Shown piece by piece: positions 32,050 through 49,618 of a DNA stretch of 64,000 bases. Numbering within the stretch: position 1 is the stretch's first letter; the number at the start of each line of letters is the position of its first letter. The notes under the pieces are model-generated. The model worked only from the letters and a program-made list of their open reading frames with translations. It did no database searches and was not told the DNA's origin. The translations under genes and the position numbers were made by a program. Source of the DNA: a bacterium (GTDB lineage Bacteria; J088; JAWLBW01); contig JAWLHK010000025.1 of assembly GCA_041690355.1 (NCBI GenBank), positions 1 through 64,000 on the forward strand, written 5' to 3'.

Positions 32050-32110
32050 ATTGACGAAGTACGATTTACGATTGACGATTTCCCGAGCGACGAGTGACGA
32101 ATGACGAATT
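32050..32110. repeat. 7-bp tandem repeats (ATTGACG/AGTGACG-like)
   Basis: attgacg aagtacg atttacg attgacg ... agcgacg agtgacg aatgacg. Confidence 0.8.
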
Positions 32111-32184
32111 TCCGGGAAAGGGCCCTGAACAGAAAGGACGTTCCTGGTTGGCCATTGGGCATCGGCCATAGCCATTGCCGAAGG

Positions 32185-32460
32185 CTACGGGCCGCCGAGC
32201 ACTTCCAAAAGGGCTCCCAGACTAAGCGCCTGCTGCTGCGGATGGCGCAGGGCGCGATCGCCGTGGACCCGATAGAGATTGTTACGCCCTTCGCGCGTGC
32301 GGCTGATGTAGTCGGCGTCTTCCAGGTCCTTGATGATTCGCTGCACGGCCCGCTCGGTAATCTGGACGGCCGTCGCTATCTCGCGCGCCGTCATGCGCGG
32401 ATTGCGCGCGATGCACAGAAGCACCTGGGCGTGGTTGGTGAGAAAGGTCCACTCTGACAT
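32185..32460 (-). CDS. Winged-helix (ArsR/MarR-like) transcriptional regulator
   Basis: WTFLTNHA.VL..IA..P, ITERAVQRII.DLE, R.R.GR.N.Y. Confidence 0.88.
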   Translation of the reverse strand: MSEWTFLTNHAQVLLCIARNPRMTAREIATAVQITERAVQRIIKDLEDADYISRTREGRNNLYRVHGDRALRHPQQQALSLGALLEVLGGP

Positions 32461-32506
32461 GCGAAACAGGATACACGAAACGATTGTCGGTGTCAGGGGC
32501 TAGGAT

Positions 32507-32902
32507 TCAAAGGCGAATGGCCTGGAACCCTCCCAGCGGAGCGAGGGCATCGAAGTCGCGATCGTCGTGGACGACGGTAAGTCCGTGTCGCGCCGCGCAG
32601 ACGGCGATCAGGCAATCCACGGAAGAGCGCACGGTCAGGCCGAGGCGCCTCGCCCGGCGGTTCAGGGTCGCTGCTTCAAGGAAAACGTCAGGCGGGAGAG
32701 GGCTTTCGACGATCGGCATCGACAGGAGCGCTTCCCTGGCAACGCGGAATGCGGCCTCATCCCGGAAGCCCTGAAGGACTTCTTGAAGAATGGGAAGACA
32801 TATCCGAATTTCGTCGAAATCCAGATGGTGTTCGAGATGGAGAGGCCTGGACGCGCGAAAGGTCTTGATCCAGATAGAAGTGTCGACCAGGTAACCGGCC
32901 AT
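32507..32902 (-). CDS. vapC: PIN-domain toxin (VapC family)
   Basis: LVDTSIWI, EVLQG, SSVDCLIA, H.DRDF. Confidence 0.92.
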   Translation of the reverse strand: MAGYLVDTSIWIKTFRASRPLHLEHHLDFDEIRICLPILQEVLQGFRDEAAFRVAREALLSMPIVESPLPPDVFLEAATLNRRARRLGLTVRSSVDCLIAVCAARHGLTVVHDDRDFDALAPLGGFQAIRL

Positions 32903-32903
32903 G

Positions 32904-33137
32904 CTACCGGCGCGGTTTCTGCTTTGGAGAACGATAGGCGGGTGCATCTTCACGCATTTCGGCAAGGTCGCCTTCCCAGGTTCCGCTGCCGGTCAAGGAC
33001 AGAATCGTTCGGGCGCGCGCCCGGCGCACGTATTCCCCGAGGATTTCATTGACGGCGCCCGAGTAGGTTTTGGCGCCCGAAAGCCGGGTCGCCTCTTCGA
33101 GCAGCGCAGCATCAAGCACAAGATTTGTGCGTTTCAT
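32904..33137 (-). CDS. vapB: VapB-family antitoxin
   Basis: MKRTNLVLD..LL.EA..LSG.KT...AVN, WEGDL.EMR; directly upstream of the PIN gene. Confidence 0.9.
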   Translation of the reverse strand: MKRTNLVLDAALLEEATRLSGAKTYSGAVNEILGEYVRRARARTILSLTGSGTWEGDLAEMREDAPAYRSPKQKPRR

Positions 33138-33143
33138 GTGTAT

Positions 33144-33172
33144 AGTGTGATCCATCTGGACGTGTACGTCAA
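33144..33172 (-). promoter_or_regulatory. vapBC promoter, probably giving a leaderless mRNA
   Basis: Minus strand TTGACG-N17-CACACT, then only 6 nt before the vapB ATG; no SD. Confidence 0.55.
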
Positions 33173-33293
33173 CCGCTTCTTGCGCGCTGGGCAACCGCCC
33201 CGCTTGCCCGTGCGCCATGCCTCCGGTTCCGCTACCATCGACACACAGGGAAGCGCGCCGGGTAAGCATCCACCGGCCGAGAGAGGCGGACGA

Positions 33294-34289
33294 ATGATTC
33301 TGGTGACGGGAGGCACAGGGCTGCTCGGCCTCAACATCGTACGGCAGCTTGCGACCGCGGGCGAAAGGGTGCGCGTGCTCGTGCGCCCTTCGGCGCAGCC
33401 CCGACTCGGCCTCGAGGACATCGAGGTGGAGCAGGCGCCCGGCGACGTGACCGATGCGGAATCGGTGCGGCGTGCCATGCAGGGGGTGCGCCAGGTGTAC
33501 CACGTGGCCGCGCTCACCTGGCAGGGGCCGTGGCAGAGCGTGCGGCGGCAGATGGAGGCCGTGAACGTCGGCGGCACGGAGATCGTGGCCCGGGCCGCGC
33601 TCGAAGCGGGGGTTGAGCGGCTCGTGCACACCTCGTCGACCGTGGCCATCGGGCATGGCACGCTCGAGCAGCCCGCGACGGAAGAGAGCGCGTGGAACTT
33701 TGAGGGGTTCGGCCCCTACTACGACACGAAGCACGAGGCCGAGGCGGTCATTCACCGGTTCATCGGCGAAGGGCTCGATGCGGTCATCGTGAATCCCGGC
33801 TACATGCTCGGGCCGTGGGATATCAAGCCGACGTCGGGGACCATGCTCCTCGAGGCGGCGCGAACCCCCTTCGGCATTCCCTTCTACACCGGCGGCGGCA
33901 ACAACCTCTGCGACGTCGAGGACGTGGCGGAGGGACACCGGCTCGCGATGGAGAAGGGGGTGGCCGGACGGCGCTATATCCTTGCCAACGAGAACCTGCC
34001 GTACCGCGAAATCTTCACGCTGGTCAATCGGGCCGTGGGCAAGCCGCCGCCGCGTTTGCGGATGCCGAAGACCCTGCTGCTCGGCGTCGCGCCGCTGCTG
34101 GATGCTGTCGGCTACTTCATGCCCGAGCGGATGGATAAGTACAATTCATCCACGGTCCGCGCCGGCGAGACAGGGTTGTACGTGAGTCCCGAGCGGGCGG
34201 TGCGGGAACTCGGCCTGAAGAGCACGCCGGTGGAGCAGAGCCTGGAGAAAGCGGTCCGCTGGTTCCGCGACCACGGCTACCTGGGCTGA
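33294..34289 (+). CDS. NAD-dependent epimerase/dehydratase (HpnA/dihydroflavonol reductase-like)
   Basis: ILVTGGTGLLG, YHVAA, HTSS, YxxxK (YYDTK), GP.DIKPT.SG, DVA.GH. Confidence 0.9.
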   Translation: MILVTGGTGLLGLNIVRQLATAGERVRVLVRPSAQPRLGLEDIEVEQAPGDVTDAESVRRAMQGVRQVYHVAALTWQGPWQSVRRQMEAVNVGGTEIVARAALEAGVERLVHTSSTVAIGHGTLEQPATEESAWNFEGFGPYYDTKHEAEAVIHRFIGEGLDAVIVNPGYMLGPWDIKPTSGTMLLEAARTPFGIPFYTGGGNNLCDVEDVAEGHRLAMEKGVAGRRYILANENLPYREIFTLVNRAVGKPPPRLRMPKTLLLGVAPLLDAVGYFMPERMDKYNSSTVRAGETGLYVSPERAVRELGLKSTPVEQSLEKAVRWFRDHGYLG

Positions 34290-34299
34290 GCCGCCCTTG

Positions 34300-34330
34300 C
34301 ATCTGGCATCTGCCATCTGCCATCTGCCAT
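34300..34330. repeat. 7-bp tandem repeat (CATCTGC, 4 units)
   Basis: catctgg catctgc catctgc catctgc cat. Confidence 0.9.
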
Positions 34331-34331
34331 T

Positions 34332-34367
34332 GCAGAAAGGGCGCGGCCCGAGCCGCGCCCTTTCTGC
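34332..34367. terminator. Strong hairpin between the convergent epimerase and tRNA genes
   Basis: GCAGAAAGGGCGCGGC-ccga-GCCGCGCCCTTTCTGC, a perfect 16-bp stem. Confidence 0.75.
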
Positions 34368-34373
34368 GTGAAG

Positions 34374-34460
34374 TGGTGCCGGGAGCGGGGGTCGAACCCG
34401 CATGCCCTCGCGGGCGCGCGATTTTGAGTCGCGTGCGTCTGCCAATTCCGCCATCCCGGC
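34374..34460 (-). tRNA. tRNA-Leu(CAA)
   Basis: Reverse complement GCCGGGATGGCGGAATTGGCAGACGCACGCGACT-CAA-AATCGCG...GGTTCGACCCCCGCTCCCGGCACCA; long variable arm; encoded CCA. Confidence 0.97.
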
Positions 34461-34542
34461 AAGATGCGAAAGAGGACCATTGTAGCCGAGCGCGCAGATG
34501 TGCTCCAGCGATTGCATGCGATTTTCGGGTATGGTTCGGCCT

Positions 34543-34572
34543 TTGCGCGAGCTTCTCTGCCGGTGCTATAAT
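34543..34572 (+). promoter_or_regulatory. Extended -10 promoter for the lipoprotein operon
   Basis: TTGCGC-N18-TATAAT, with TGn directly before the -10. Confidence 0.6.
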
Positions 34573-34648
34573 CGTCCGCACCGGTAACCGGGCGGTGCGA
34601 GCCTTCGACCGGCAACTGCCCTCTCCTTCACGCATTTGAGGATGACTC

Positions 34649-35209
34649 ATGAAAAGACTCACGTTCTCGTTGGCTGTGCTGACTTTCATATCGGCCTGCG
34701 GCAGCAGCCGTACCTTTGTCGAGCAGAGCAGCGGGGCCTGCCCCGAATGGGCTTATAAGGGCCAGGGCGCGTTCCCGGGCGACAATACGAAGATTTTCGC
34801 GGTCGGTGTGGCTTCGGGCATCAAGAATCCGGCACTTCTGCGCAAGTCCGCCGACCAGCGCGCGCGGGCCGAACTGTCGAACGTGATGCGCGTGGCGGTC
34901 GAAGAAATGTACGACGATTTTGCCGGCAGCCGCACCGATTTTACCAACGCCGAAGAAATCCAGAAGACCCGTCAGGCGCTGCGCACGCTCTCCGATACGG
35001 TACTGCACGGGTCGACCATCCAGGATCGGTGTAAGGAAGAAGACGGCACGATGTACTCGCTGGTCGTTCTCGACGTGGAAGCGTTCAAGGACTCGGCCCG
35101 CAAGGCGAACGACCTCGACGCGCGCGTACGGACCTACATCGATGCCAATGCAGCCGACGCGTTCAACGACCTCGACGCCAATCTGCAGCGCCAGCGAGGC
35201 CAGCAGTAA
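34649..35209 (+). CDS. LPP20-like lipoprotein
   Basis: Lipobox ISAC; PEW, AVGVASG...A..RARAEL; GAGG SD. Confidence 0.75.
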   Translation: MKRLTFSLAVLTFISACGSSRTFVEQSSGACPEWAYKGQGAFPGDNTKIFAVGVASGIKNPALLRKSADQRARAELSNVMRVAVEEMYDDFAGSRTDFTNAEEIQKTRQALRTLSDTVLHGSTIQDRCKEEDGTMYSLVVLDVEAFKDSARKANDLDARVRTYIDANAADAFNDLDANLQRQRGQQ

Positions 35210-35213
35210 TTCG

Positions 35214-35663
35214 ATGTCGCTGAGAACCCTCCTCTGCGCAGGGATTCTCCTGAGCGGTCTGGGGTGCGGCGCCGGCAGGCAGAACCACCTGCCCGCTCCG
35301 ACGCCCGCCCCCGACTGGATACAGAAGCCCCCTTCGGAAGTGTTCGGGCGAAAGTGCGAGATCGGCCGTTCGAGCCGCACCTTCCGGATGGAGGATGCGC
35401 GGCGCAATGCCGAGAACGCGGCGCGGGCCAATCTGGCGCAGGCCGACCGCTACCGCGTAAAGACCGAGGGGCTGGATATCCAGCGGGAGTCGAGCTCCGG
35501 GGGGGCGTCGCAGTTCATTATCGAGGTGGTCCAGGTCTCCTCCGAGGCTGAAGTCACCGAGACCGAGACCATGGGCACCTGGCTCGACGTTCGCGGCGAG
35601 CATGCCGGCGGTGAGCCGATGGTAACCCATGCTGTCGTCTGTCATCGTGCGGCGGGGCGCTGA
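35214..35663 (+). CDS. Lipoprotein (LPP20-like)
   Basis: LSGLGC lipobox-like; PDWI..P; A...A...ARANLA. Confidence 0.6.
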   Translation: MSLRTLLCAGILLSGLGCGAGRQNHLPAPTPAPDWIQKPPSEVFGRKCEIGRSSRTFRMEDARRNAENAARANLAQADRYRVKTEGLDIQRESSSGGASQFIIEVVQVSSEAEVTETETMGTWLDVRGEHAGGEPMVTHAVVCHRAAGR

Positions 35664-35720
35664 CCGGCGGCCTGCCGCCCGTTCCGTCCTGTTCAGAACG
35701 TCTATCCTTCGGGAGTTCCC

Positions 35721-37409
35721 ATGCATCTCCGGCCGCTGTTCCTGTCTGCCGCCTTTCTCGTCCTGGCGCTGACGCCGGCGACGGGCGGGGCGAGCCCCGT
35801 CGACCAGGCAAAGTTCTCGGCCGGCCTGCTCGGCGCGGCCGCCGCGGGCGATGCCTCGGCCGTCGCCTACTTTCTGCAGAACGGCGCCGACCCGAATTTC
35901 CAATCGCGCGACGGGCGCTCACCCTTGCTGCTCGCCTGCAACGCCGACTACTGGCGTGAAGAGGCCCCGGCCTATCGCGAGACGGTGGCCATGCTGCTGA
36001 AGAGTGGCGCCACTCCGAACCTGCAGGACAGCCACGGGCGCACCCCCCTGGCGGCGGCGGTTCAGTCCCGGCGGGTCGAAATTGCCGGCCTTCTCCTGGC
36101 GGCCAAGGGCAACCCCGATCTGGCCGACGTCAATGGGCTGACTCCACTCATGATCGCCGCGCAGAATGCACAAGTGCCCATGGTTCGCCTTCTGCTCGCC
36201 CATGGTGCGCACCCGCTGCTGCAGGACCGCAACGGCAATGCCGCCCTCGATTATGTTCCGACCTCCCGCAAGGGGCAGGTGGCCCCGCTGCTCGAAGCCG
36301 CCGCGCGCGTGGCCGCGCCGCTCCCGGCCCGCAAGGGACCGTCGCTGTCTCCGTTGCTCGCGGCGGCGCACGCCGGCGACTTGAATACCCTGCGTAAACT
36401 GGTCGTGCGCGCCGAACTGGCGAAGACCGTCGACGACAGCGGTCGCAATGCGCTCATGGTGGCCGCGGCGGCCGGGCAGACCGATGCTGTGCGCCTTTTG
36501 ATCGGCCAGGGTGCCGCGGTGGAGTCGACGGCCGCCAACGGCTGGCGTCCGCTGCACTTCGCAGCAGCGAGCGGAAACCTCGATACGGTCAAGGTCCTTC
36601 TGGCCGTGGGGGCGCAGGTCGACGCGAAGAACCGCGACGGCGCCGCTGCCGCCTGGGTCGCTCAGGAGAACGGGCACCGGCACGTCGTGAAGGCGCTGAT
36701 CGAAGCGGGCGCCAAGGACGTGCCCCCCGACCGGATGGGGCTCGTTGATGCCCTGCGATCCCGTGACGTAGGCGATGCCGACGGCGTGCGCCAGTTGCTT
36801 GCGGCGGGCTCTGACGTGAATGCGCGCGACGATTCGGGCTGGACGGCGCTCATGTACGCGGCGAGCGGGACGAGCCTGGAGGCTGTGAAGGAGTTGCTTC
36901 GCGCGGGCGCCGACGTGAACGCCGCCGACGGCGACGGCGTCACGGCGCTCATGCTGGCCGTGGCCAACGACCGCCCCGCGCACGCGCAGGCCCTGCTGGC
37001 CGCCGGCGCACAGGTGAACACGGGAGACCGCGACGGGTGGACCGCGCTGTTCTATGCCGCGCGCAAGGATCAGGTGGATTCGGCAAAGGCGCTTCTTGGT
37101 AAAGGAGCCGCCATCGACGCACCGACGCAGGCCGGTTGGACGCCGCTCATGGCGGCGGCCGATCAGGGGCACAGCCGCATGATCGAGCTGCTGCTCGGGG
37201 CGGGCGCAAACGTGAATGCGCGGGACTCCGGCGGGCGCACCGCCCTGATGCTGGCCGCCCAGAACGGCCACCGGGTCTCTATCGGCGCCCTTCTGAAGAA
37301 GGGAGCCAACGCCGATATGAAGGACAGGAAAGGTGAGACTGCGCTCACTGTGGCCCAGAGGCACGGGCACCGCGAGGTGGTGCGGCTGCTGAAAAACGCG
37401 CTACGCTAG
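35721..37409 (+). CDS. Secreted ankyrin-repeat protein
   Basis: Signal peptide followed by more than a dozen G.T(A/P)LM.AA...LL..GADVN repeats. Confidence 0.95.
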   Translation: MHLRPLFLSAAFLVLALTPATGGASPVDQAKFSAGLLGAAAAGDASAVAYFLQNGADPNFQSRDGRSPLLLACNADYWREEAPAYRETVAMLLKSGATPNLQDSHGRTPLAAAVQSRRVEIAGLLLAAKGNPDLADVNGLTPLMIAAQNAQVPMVRLLLAHGAHPLLQDRNGNAALDYVPTSRKGQVAPLLEAAARVAAPLPARKGPSLSPLLAAAHAGDLNTLRKLVVRAELAKTVDDSGRNALMVAAAAGQTDAVRLLIGQGAAVESTAANGWRPLHFAAASGNLDTVKVLLAVGAQVDAKNRDGAAAAWVAQENGHRHVVKALIEAGAKDVPPDRMGLVDALRSRDVGDADGVRQLLAAGSDVNARDDSGWTALMYAASGTSLEAVKELLRAGADVNAADGDGVTALMLAVANDRPAHAQALLAAGAQVNTGDRDGWTALFYAARKDQVDSAKALLGKGAAIDAPTQAGWTPLMAAADQGHSRMIELLLGAGANVNARDSGGRTALMLAAQNGHRVSIGALLKKGANADMKDRKGETALTVAQRHGHREVVRLLKNALR

Positions 37410-37498
37410 AACGGCACCACGGCAACGTCGTCGTCGGCGAGGGCTCTCCATCAGGAGCAGGCTGTGATCGTTGAGTGCGCGCCCGCCAACACACTGGC

Positions 37499-38278
37499 TT
37501 ACGGAGCCACGGCCTGCCGGAAGGGAAACCCGGGCATCAGGCGTTGCAAACGCCGCGCGTCGACGATCTTGCTCTCCGGGCCGGCGGGAGCCGAGGGGAG
37601 GGTGAAGTCGGGGGGAAGCTCGCCGCGCGCCTTCCACGCGGCCACGAGGTCGTTCCACACGGCCGGCGCGCCGTTGGCGACATTGATCCGCAGGCCGCGG
37701 GGAACGTCGGGGGAACCGATGCGGCCGGCCACCGATTCGAGTACGGCCAGGATGTCGTCGACGTGGATCAGGTTGACCCGCTTGTTGCCGTTGCGGATGC
37801 GTCCGCGGCGCACCCAGTCGAGCGGCTGCCGATCGGGCCCGAAGATTCCCGCGAGCTGAAGCACGACGGCCCCCTGTTCGCGCAGCCATTCCTCTCCCTC
37901 TACGCGCGGCTGGGCGGGATCGAGGGGCCTGTCTTCGGTCACGACGGGGGGAAGGGCCGCGGCCGGTCCTTCCTCCACCCGATAGGCCGAGGTGCTCCCA
38001 AGGACGATCACCGAGTGCGCCCGGTTCCGCACGCGCGCATCGTAGAAGCGCCGCACGGTCGCGAGGGGAACGGCGGGAAACGTCCACACGACGCAGCGGC
38101 CGTCGACGGGGAGGGATGGCCAGGTCGTTTCATCCGCCAGGTCGAAGCGGATGGATTTCCGGTCCCCAGGCTCGACCGCACGCCGGGTGCGCACGGCGTC
38201 GGGGTGCAGTTCCGCAAGGCGGCCCCCTACGTATCCGGCCCCGAGGATGAGAAACGGAGGGTGAACCGGCTCGGGCAT
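37499..38278 (-). CDS. NAD(P)-binding atypical SDR/epimerase (YeeZ-like)
   Basis: ILGAGYVG, GSTSAY, LAGIFGP.R, NLIHVDD. Confidence 0.8.
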   Translation of the reverse strand: MPEPVHPPFLILGAGYVGGRLAELHPDAVRTRRAVEPGDRKSIRFDLADETTWPSLPVDGRCVVWTFPAVPLATVRRFYDARVRNRAHSVIVLGSTSAYRVEEGPAAALPPVVTEDRPLDPAQPRVEGEEWLREQGAVVLQLAGIFGPDRQPLDWVRRGRIRNGNKRVNLIHVDDILAVLESVAGRIGSPDVPRGLRINVANGAPAVWNDLVAAWKARGELPPDFTLPSAPAGPESKIVDARRLQRLMPGFPFRQAVAP

Positions 38279-38433
38279 CAGGATTCCGGGTCAGAACCGG
38301 GTTCCCGGCCTTCGAACGCAGCCTGGACGTCTCTGGGAAGCGGGCGGTCGAGCCACGCCAGGTCACCCCACGCCCCCTTGCCGGCTCCGAAGCGGCGAGC
38401 GCGACGTTGTGTTTCGTCGGGATTCTGCGGCAT
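38278..38433 (-). CDS. Small protein (51 aa) resembling the C-terminus of DUF2281/Phd-type antitoxins, absent from the ORF track
   Basis: MPQNPDETQRRARRFGAGKGAWGDLAWLDRPLPRDVQAAFEGREPGSDPES; AGGA SD 7 nt before the ATG; stop overlaps the next ATG. Confidence 0.5.
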   Translation of the reverse strand: MPQNPDETQRRARRFGAGKGAWGDLAWLDRPLPRDVQAAFEGREPGSDPES

Positions 38434-38482
38434 GAACATATCCTACCATAGGGGGACCTTGCGGCCGCCGGGCCCGTTCCGC

Positions 38483-38517
38483 TCAGAAATCAGGAATCAA
38501 GGATCAGGTATCAGGAA
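38483..38517. repeat. 7-bp tandem repeat (TCAGGAA-like, 5 units)
   Basis: tcagaaa tcaggaa tcaagga tcaggta tcaggaa. Confidence 0.85.
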
Positions 38518-38909
38518 TTTATCAGCACGTGTCCTTGCGCCCCCCGTCCCCTGCATGGTATAAGATCAGGATTCACTTCGAACATCCCGTTCGCGACCCA
38601 TGGGGGCCGGGCCGGATACCTGGGGGGAATAACAGGAAGAAAAACAGCCGCTTGCAACCTTTCTCGCGGAAAATTCCACGAGAACAGGGGTAGGGCGATT
38701 TTTCTTTTTTTGTCCTTTTCTTACTGTCGGGGGGATGGGCCCGACAGACTCGCTGCAGCCGGGTGCGCTTTTTCGCGGCACCGGCCCACGCGGGGACCCG
38801 CCTGTAGGCCGGCAGGCACACAATCGAATCACAATTGGGAACATGCCGTTTCCGCACGCCTCGTTTCTGAAGGCGCGTGGGCCGGCTGTCACACTACCTG
38901 GGAGTGACC

Positions 38910-43091
<4,182 letters not shown>

Positions 43092-43179
43092 AGATTGCGA
43101 TCCACCGGGGGAGGCGGGTTCGTCTCCCGGCCGGTTTCTGGTTGCGAACGATTGAGAGTTTTCTCGTTAGGAGAACGAC

Positions 43180-47370
<4,191 letters not shown>

Positions 47371-47400
47371 GCCTCAGCGCGAATCGGAATATCGATTCAC

Positions 47401-47434
47401 GGGGGAGCTCTGGAAAGGGCTCCCCCGTTTTCTT
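47401..47434 (+). terminator. rpoBC terminator
   Basis: GGGGGAGCTC-loop-GGGCTCCCCC followed by GTTTTCTTT. Confidence 0.8.
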
Positions 47435-47541
47435 TGGCGGCGTTCCGGCGGAAACCCGGGTGCAAGGCGCGGTTCGACCGGGAAGCGAATCCGCGAGACC
47501 CAGGTGCGGAAATCCGCCTCGCGCTGAGGCTACCATGGTGC

Positions 47542-48357
47542 ATGTTTCGCTGGTGTGCCAATTGCCAACGCTATCTCGGTGAGAAACCGCCGTTCGACAA
47601 CTTCGCGCTCACGCACACCTTTTGCGACGACTGCGCGCCGAAGTTGCTGGCGGGGGGCTCGATTGCCGGGGAGCCGCTCACGGCCGGCATCTATCGGGAT
47701 TTCATGCGTGCCGTGCATGAGTCCGACCTGCTCCTGGCGCAACGGACCCTCACCCTCGCCCGCCAAGCCGGCATTCCGGACCTCGATCTCGCCGTCGGCA
47801 TTCTGCAGCCCTTGCTGTATGAAGTGGGGGTCGCCTGGGCGGCAGGACATCTTTCGGTCTGGCAGGAGCACCGCATTTCGGGATGGGTCGAAGAGGTCCT
47901 CGCGGCCATGGCGGCCGCCCGCTCCACCCCGGAGAAGCCGGGGGGAATCCTCCTGCTCGCCGCTCCGGGAAATCAGCACACCCTGGGACCGCGCCTGCTC
48001 ACGCTCGAACTGGCCGCGCGCGGACTCGCCGTCACCGCGGTACTTCCGGGCATGCCCCTCGCCGAGTATCCCCGCCTGATCGAGCGCTCCTCGCCGCGAA
48101 TCGTCGGGATATCCGTGGGCGATCCGGCAAGTCTTACCACGCTGGAGCCGGCGGTGCACATCCTCGAAGTGCGGTTTCCGGAGGTTCGCTTCGTCGCCGG
48201 CGGTTCTGCCGTGCGCCTGAACCCGGGGCTCCGCGCCGACATGACGCTGATCCCGGCGACCGACGAATTCGTGCGTCTGGCGCTGGAGACCAGGGTCGCC
48301 GGGGTGCCTCTTCGGAGCCCGCCGGTGATTCTGGAAGGGGATCGGAAGTCACCGTGA
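47542..48357 (+). CDS. Cobalamin-binding domain protein (CarH-like) with N-terminal zinc finger
   Basis: CANC...THTFCDDC; W-x9-EH (WAAGHLSVWQEH); GNQHTLG; VGIS and VAGG Rossmann strands. Confidence 0.75.
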   Translation: MFRWCANCQRYLGEKPPFDNFALTHTFCDDCAPKLLAGGSIAGEPLTAGIYRDFMRAVHESDLLLAQRTLTLARQAGIPDLDLAVGILQPLLYEVGVAWAAGHLSVWQEHRISGWVEEVLAAMAAARSTPEKPGGILLLAAPGNQHTLGPRLLTLELAARGLAVTAVLPGMPLAEYPRLIERSSPRIVGISVGDPASLTTLEPAVHILEVRFPEVRFVAGGSAVRLNPGLRADMTLIPATDEFVRLALETRVAGVPLRSPPVILEGDRKSP

Positions 48358-48735
48358 CGGGTTTCCGAAAGCAAACTCCTGGGCCGGTTCTCAATCGATC
48401 TTGTCCAAAGGATACTGGGAGCGCGTCGAACGGGATGCCGCTGTTCGCGAGATCGGCGAGGTCCAGCGGCTGGCCAACGCCTTGGGTGACGAAGAGCTAG
48501 AAGACGGCTGACGTGGCTTCTTGCTACCAATGCACTCATCCACGCGTCGAGAGGGAACCCGCCGTCAGTTCGCCGGCGACTTTCGCATTGTCATTTCAGC
48601 GAGGTCATGGGCTACCGCCCAGGCGCGCCGCCGCGTCGCCGCGGGGCAGAAGAGGCCCCGCAGAAAGCAATCACTCCCTGCCCTGGCCGAGGTGCCCGCG
48701 GCCACGACACGGGGGCGCGCATCTCCGTCGACAAT

Positions 48736-49056
48736 TCAGTTCGTCGTACAGACTTCGCAGAAGTTATAGCAGTTGGCCGAGTCGTCGTCGGTTGTGTCAT
48801 CCGGATCGGTGCAGTACTCGTCCTTCTTCGGCCCCGCCGTGCACCAGCAGTCGCCCGAGCACATGTAATCGGCCGTGCAGCTCTGGTTTGAACTGTCATC
48901 CGTGTTGTCGGTGTTATCGGTATTGTCGTCGGTGTTATTGTTGTTATCGCTGTTGTTGGACGTCGTGGTCGTCTCTTCGGTCCCGCAGGCCGACAGCAGC
49001 GCGCCGGTCGCGCTCAGTAGAAACAGAGCGAGAAAGAGGCTGGAGAGCATACGCAT
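48736..49056 (-). CDS. Cys-rich acidic lipoprotein
   Basis: LSAC lipobox, T/N/D-rich linker, 8 Cys in the C-terminal ~50 aa; AAGGAG SD. Confidence 0.75.
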   Translation of the reverse strand: MRMLSSLFLALFLLSATGALLSACGTEETTTTSNNSDNNNNTDDNTDNTDNTDDSSNQSCTADYMCSGDCWCTAGPKKDEYCTDPDDTTDDDSANCYNFCEVCTTN

Positions 49057-49229
49057 GGGAAACTCCTTTTTTTTGAGCGTTCAACTTCCCGAATCCAGTT
49101 ACCCTACCGGAACCCGATGCAGACGGGTGTGACGGGCATCACAGCGGGGTATCCAGACGATTGTCCCCTGACGCTATTGCAGCCGTTGGTTTTGGGTCCC
49201 CCGGACGGGGGGCGACAGGGGGGGGGACG

Positions 49230-49359
49230 CGCCTCACCCCACCAGCATCCCTTTGTCGCGCCAGGTCTCTTCGAGCCAGAGGCGCAGGGCCGCGTGGTCG
49301 TCACGCTGGAGTTCCGGGTCGCCTTCGAGGATGCGCAGGGCCGCATCACGGGCCGCGCC
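49230..49359 (-). repeat. Direct repeat, left copy: duplicated 3' end of recG
   Basis: 130 bp matching 60900-61029 except C49285 vs T60955; encodes GAARDAALRILEGDPELQRDDHAALRLWLEETWRDKGMLVG-stop. Confidence 0.97.
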
Positions 49360-49618
49360 TTGGCCGACATGGGACTGGGCGACAAATGATTTTGTGTTCC
49401 TGGGAGAATACGACAGCGGGATAGACCTCCCGGTCGTAGTGGGGGGCTGGCTCATCTGTGTACTCCGCGCCCGCAACCGATCTTCAATAAAGTCAGAGTG
49501 TTAGCGCGGCAGGACAGCATTTGTCCTCTGATGCCGCTATGATACTGCTTCACTGGCGCGGAACATCTCGTCACGCTAGGATATAGCCTTAATTGAATCG
49601 CTCCGGTAGGTGAGGGGT

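Noticed and set aside
30830-34460. tRNA-Leu-anchored genomic island containing vapBC
   Set aside because: No duplicated tRNA 3' end and no integrase found; codon style is host-like.
48360-48730. Possible pseudogene fragments between the B12-binding gene and the lipoprotein
   Set aside because: Frames are interrupted by stops and match no family I recognise.
49234-49476. 80-aa ORF ending in the RecG C-terminus
   Set aside because: By-product of the duplicated recG end; no SD and no protein-like N-terminal half.
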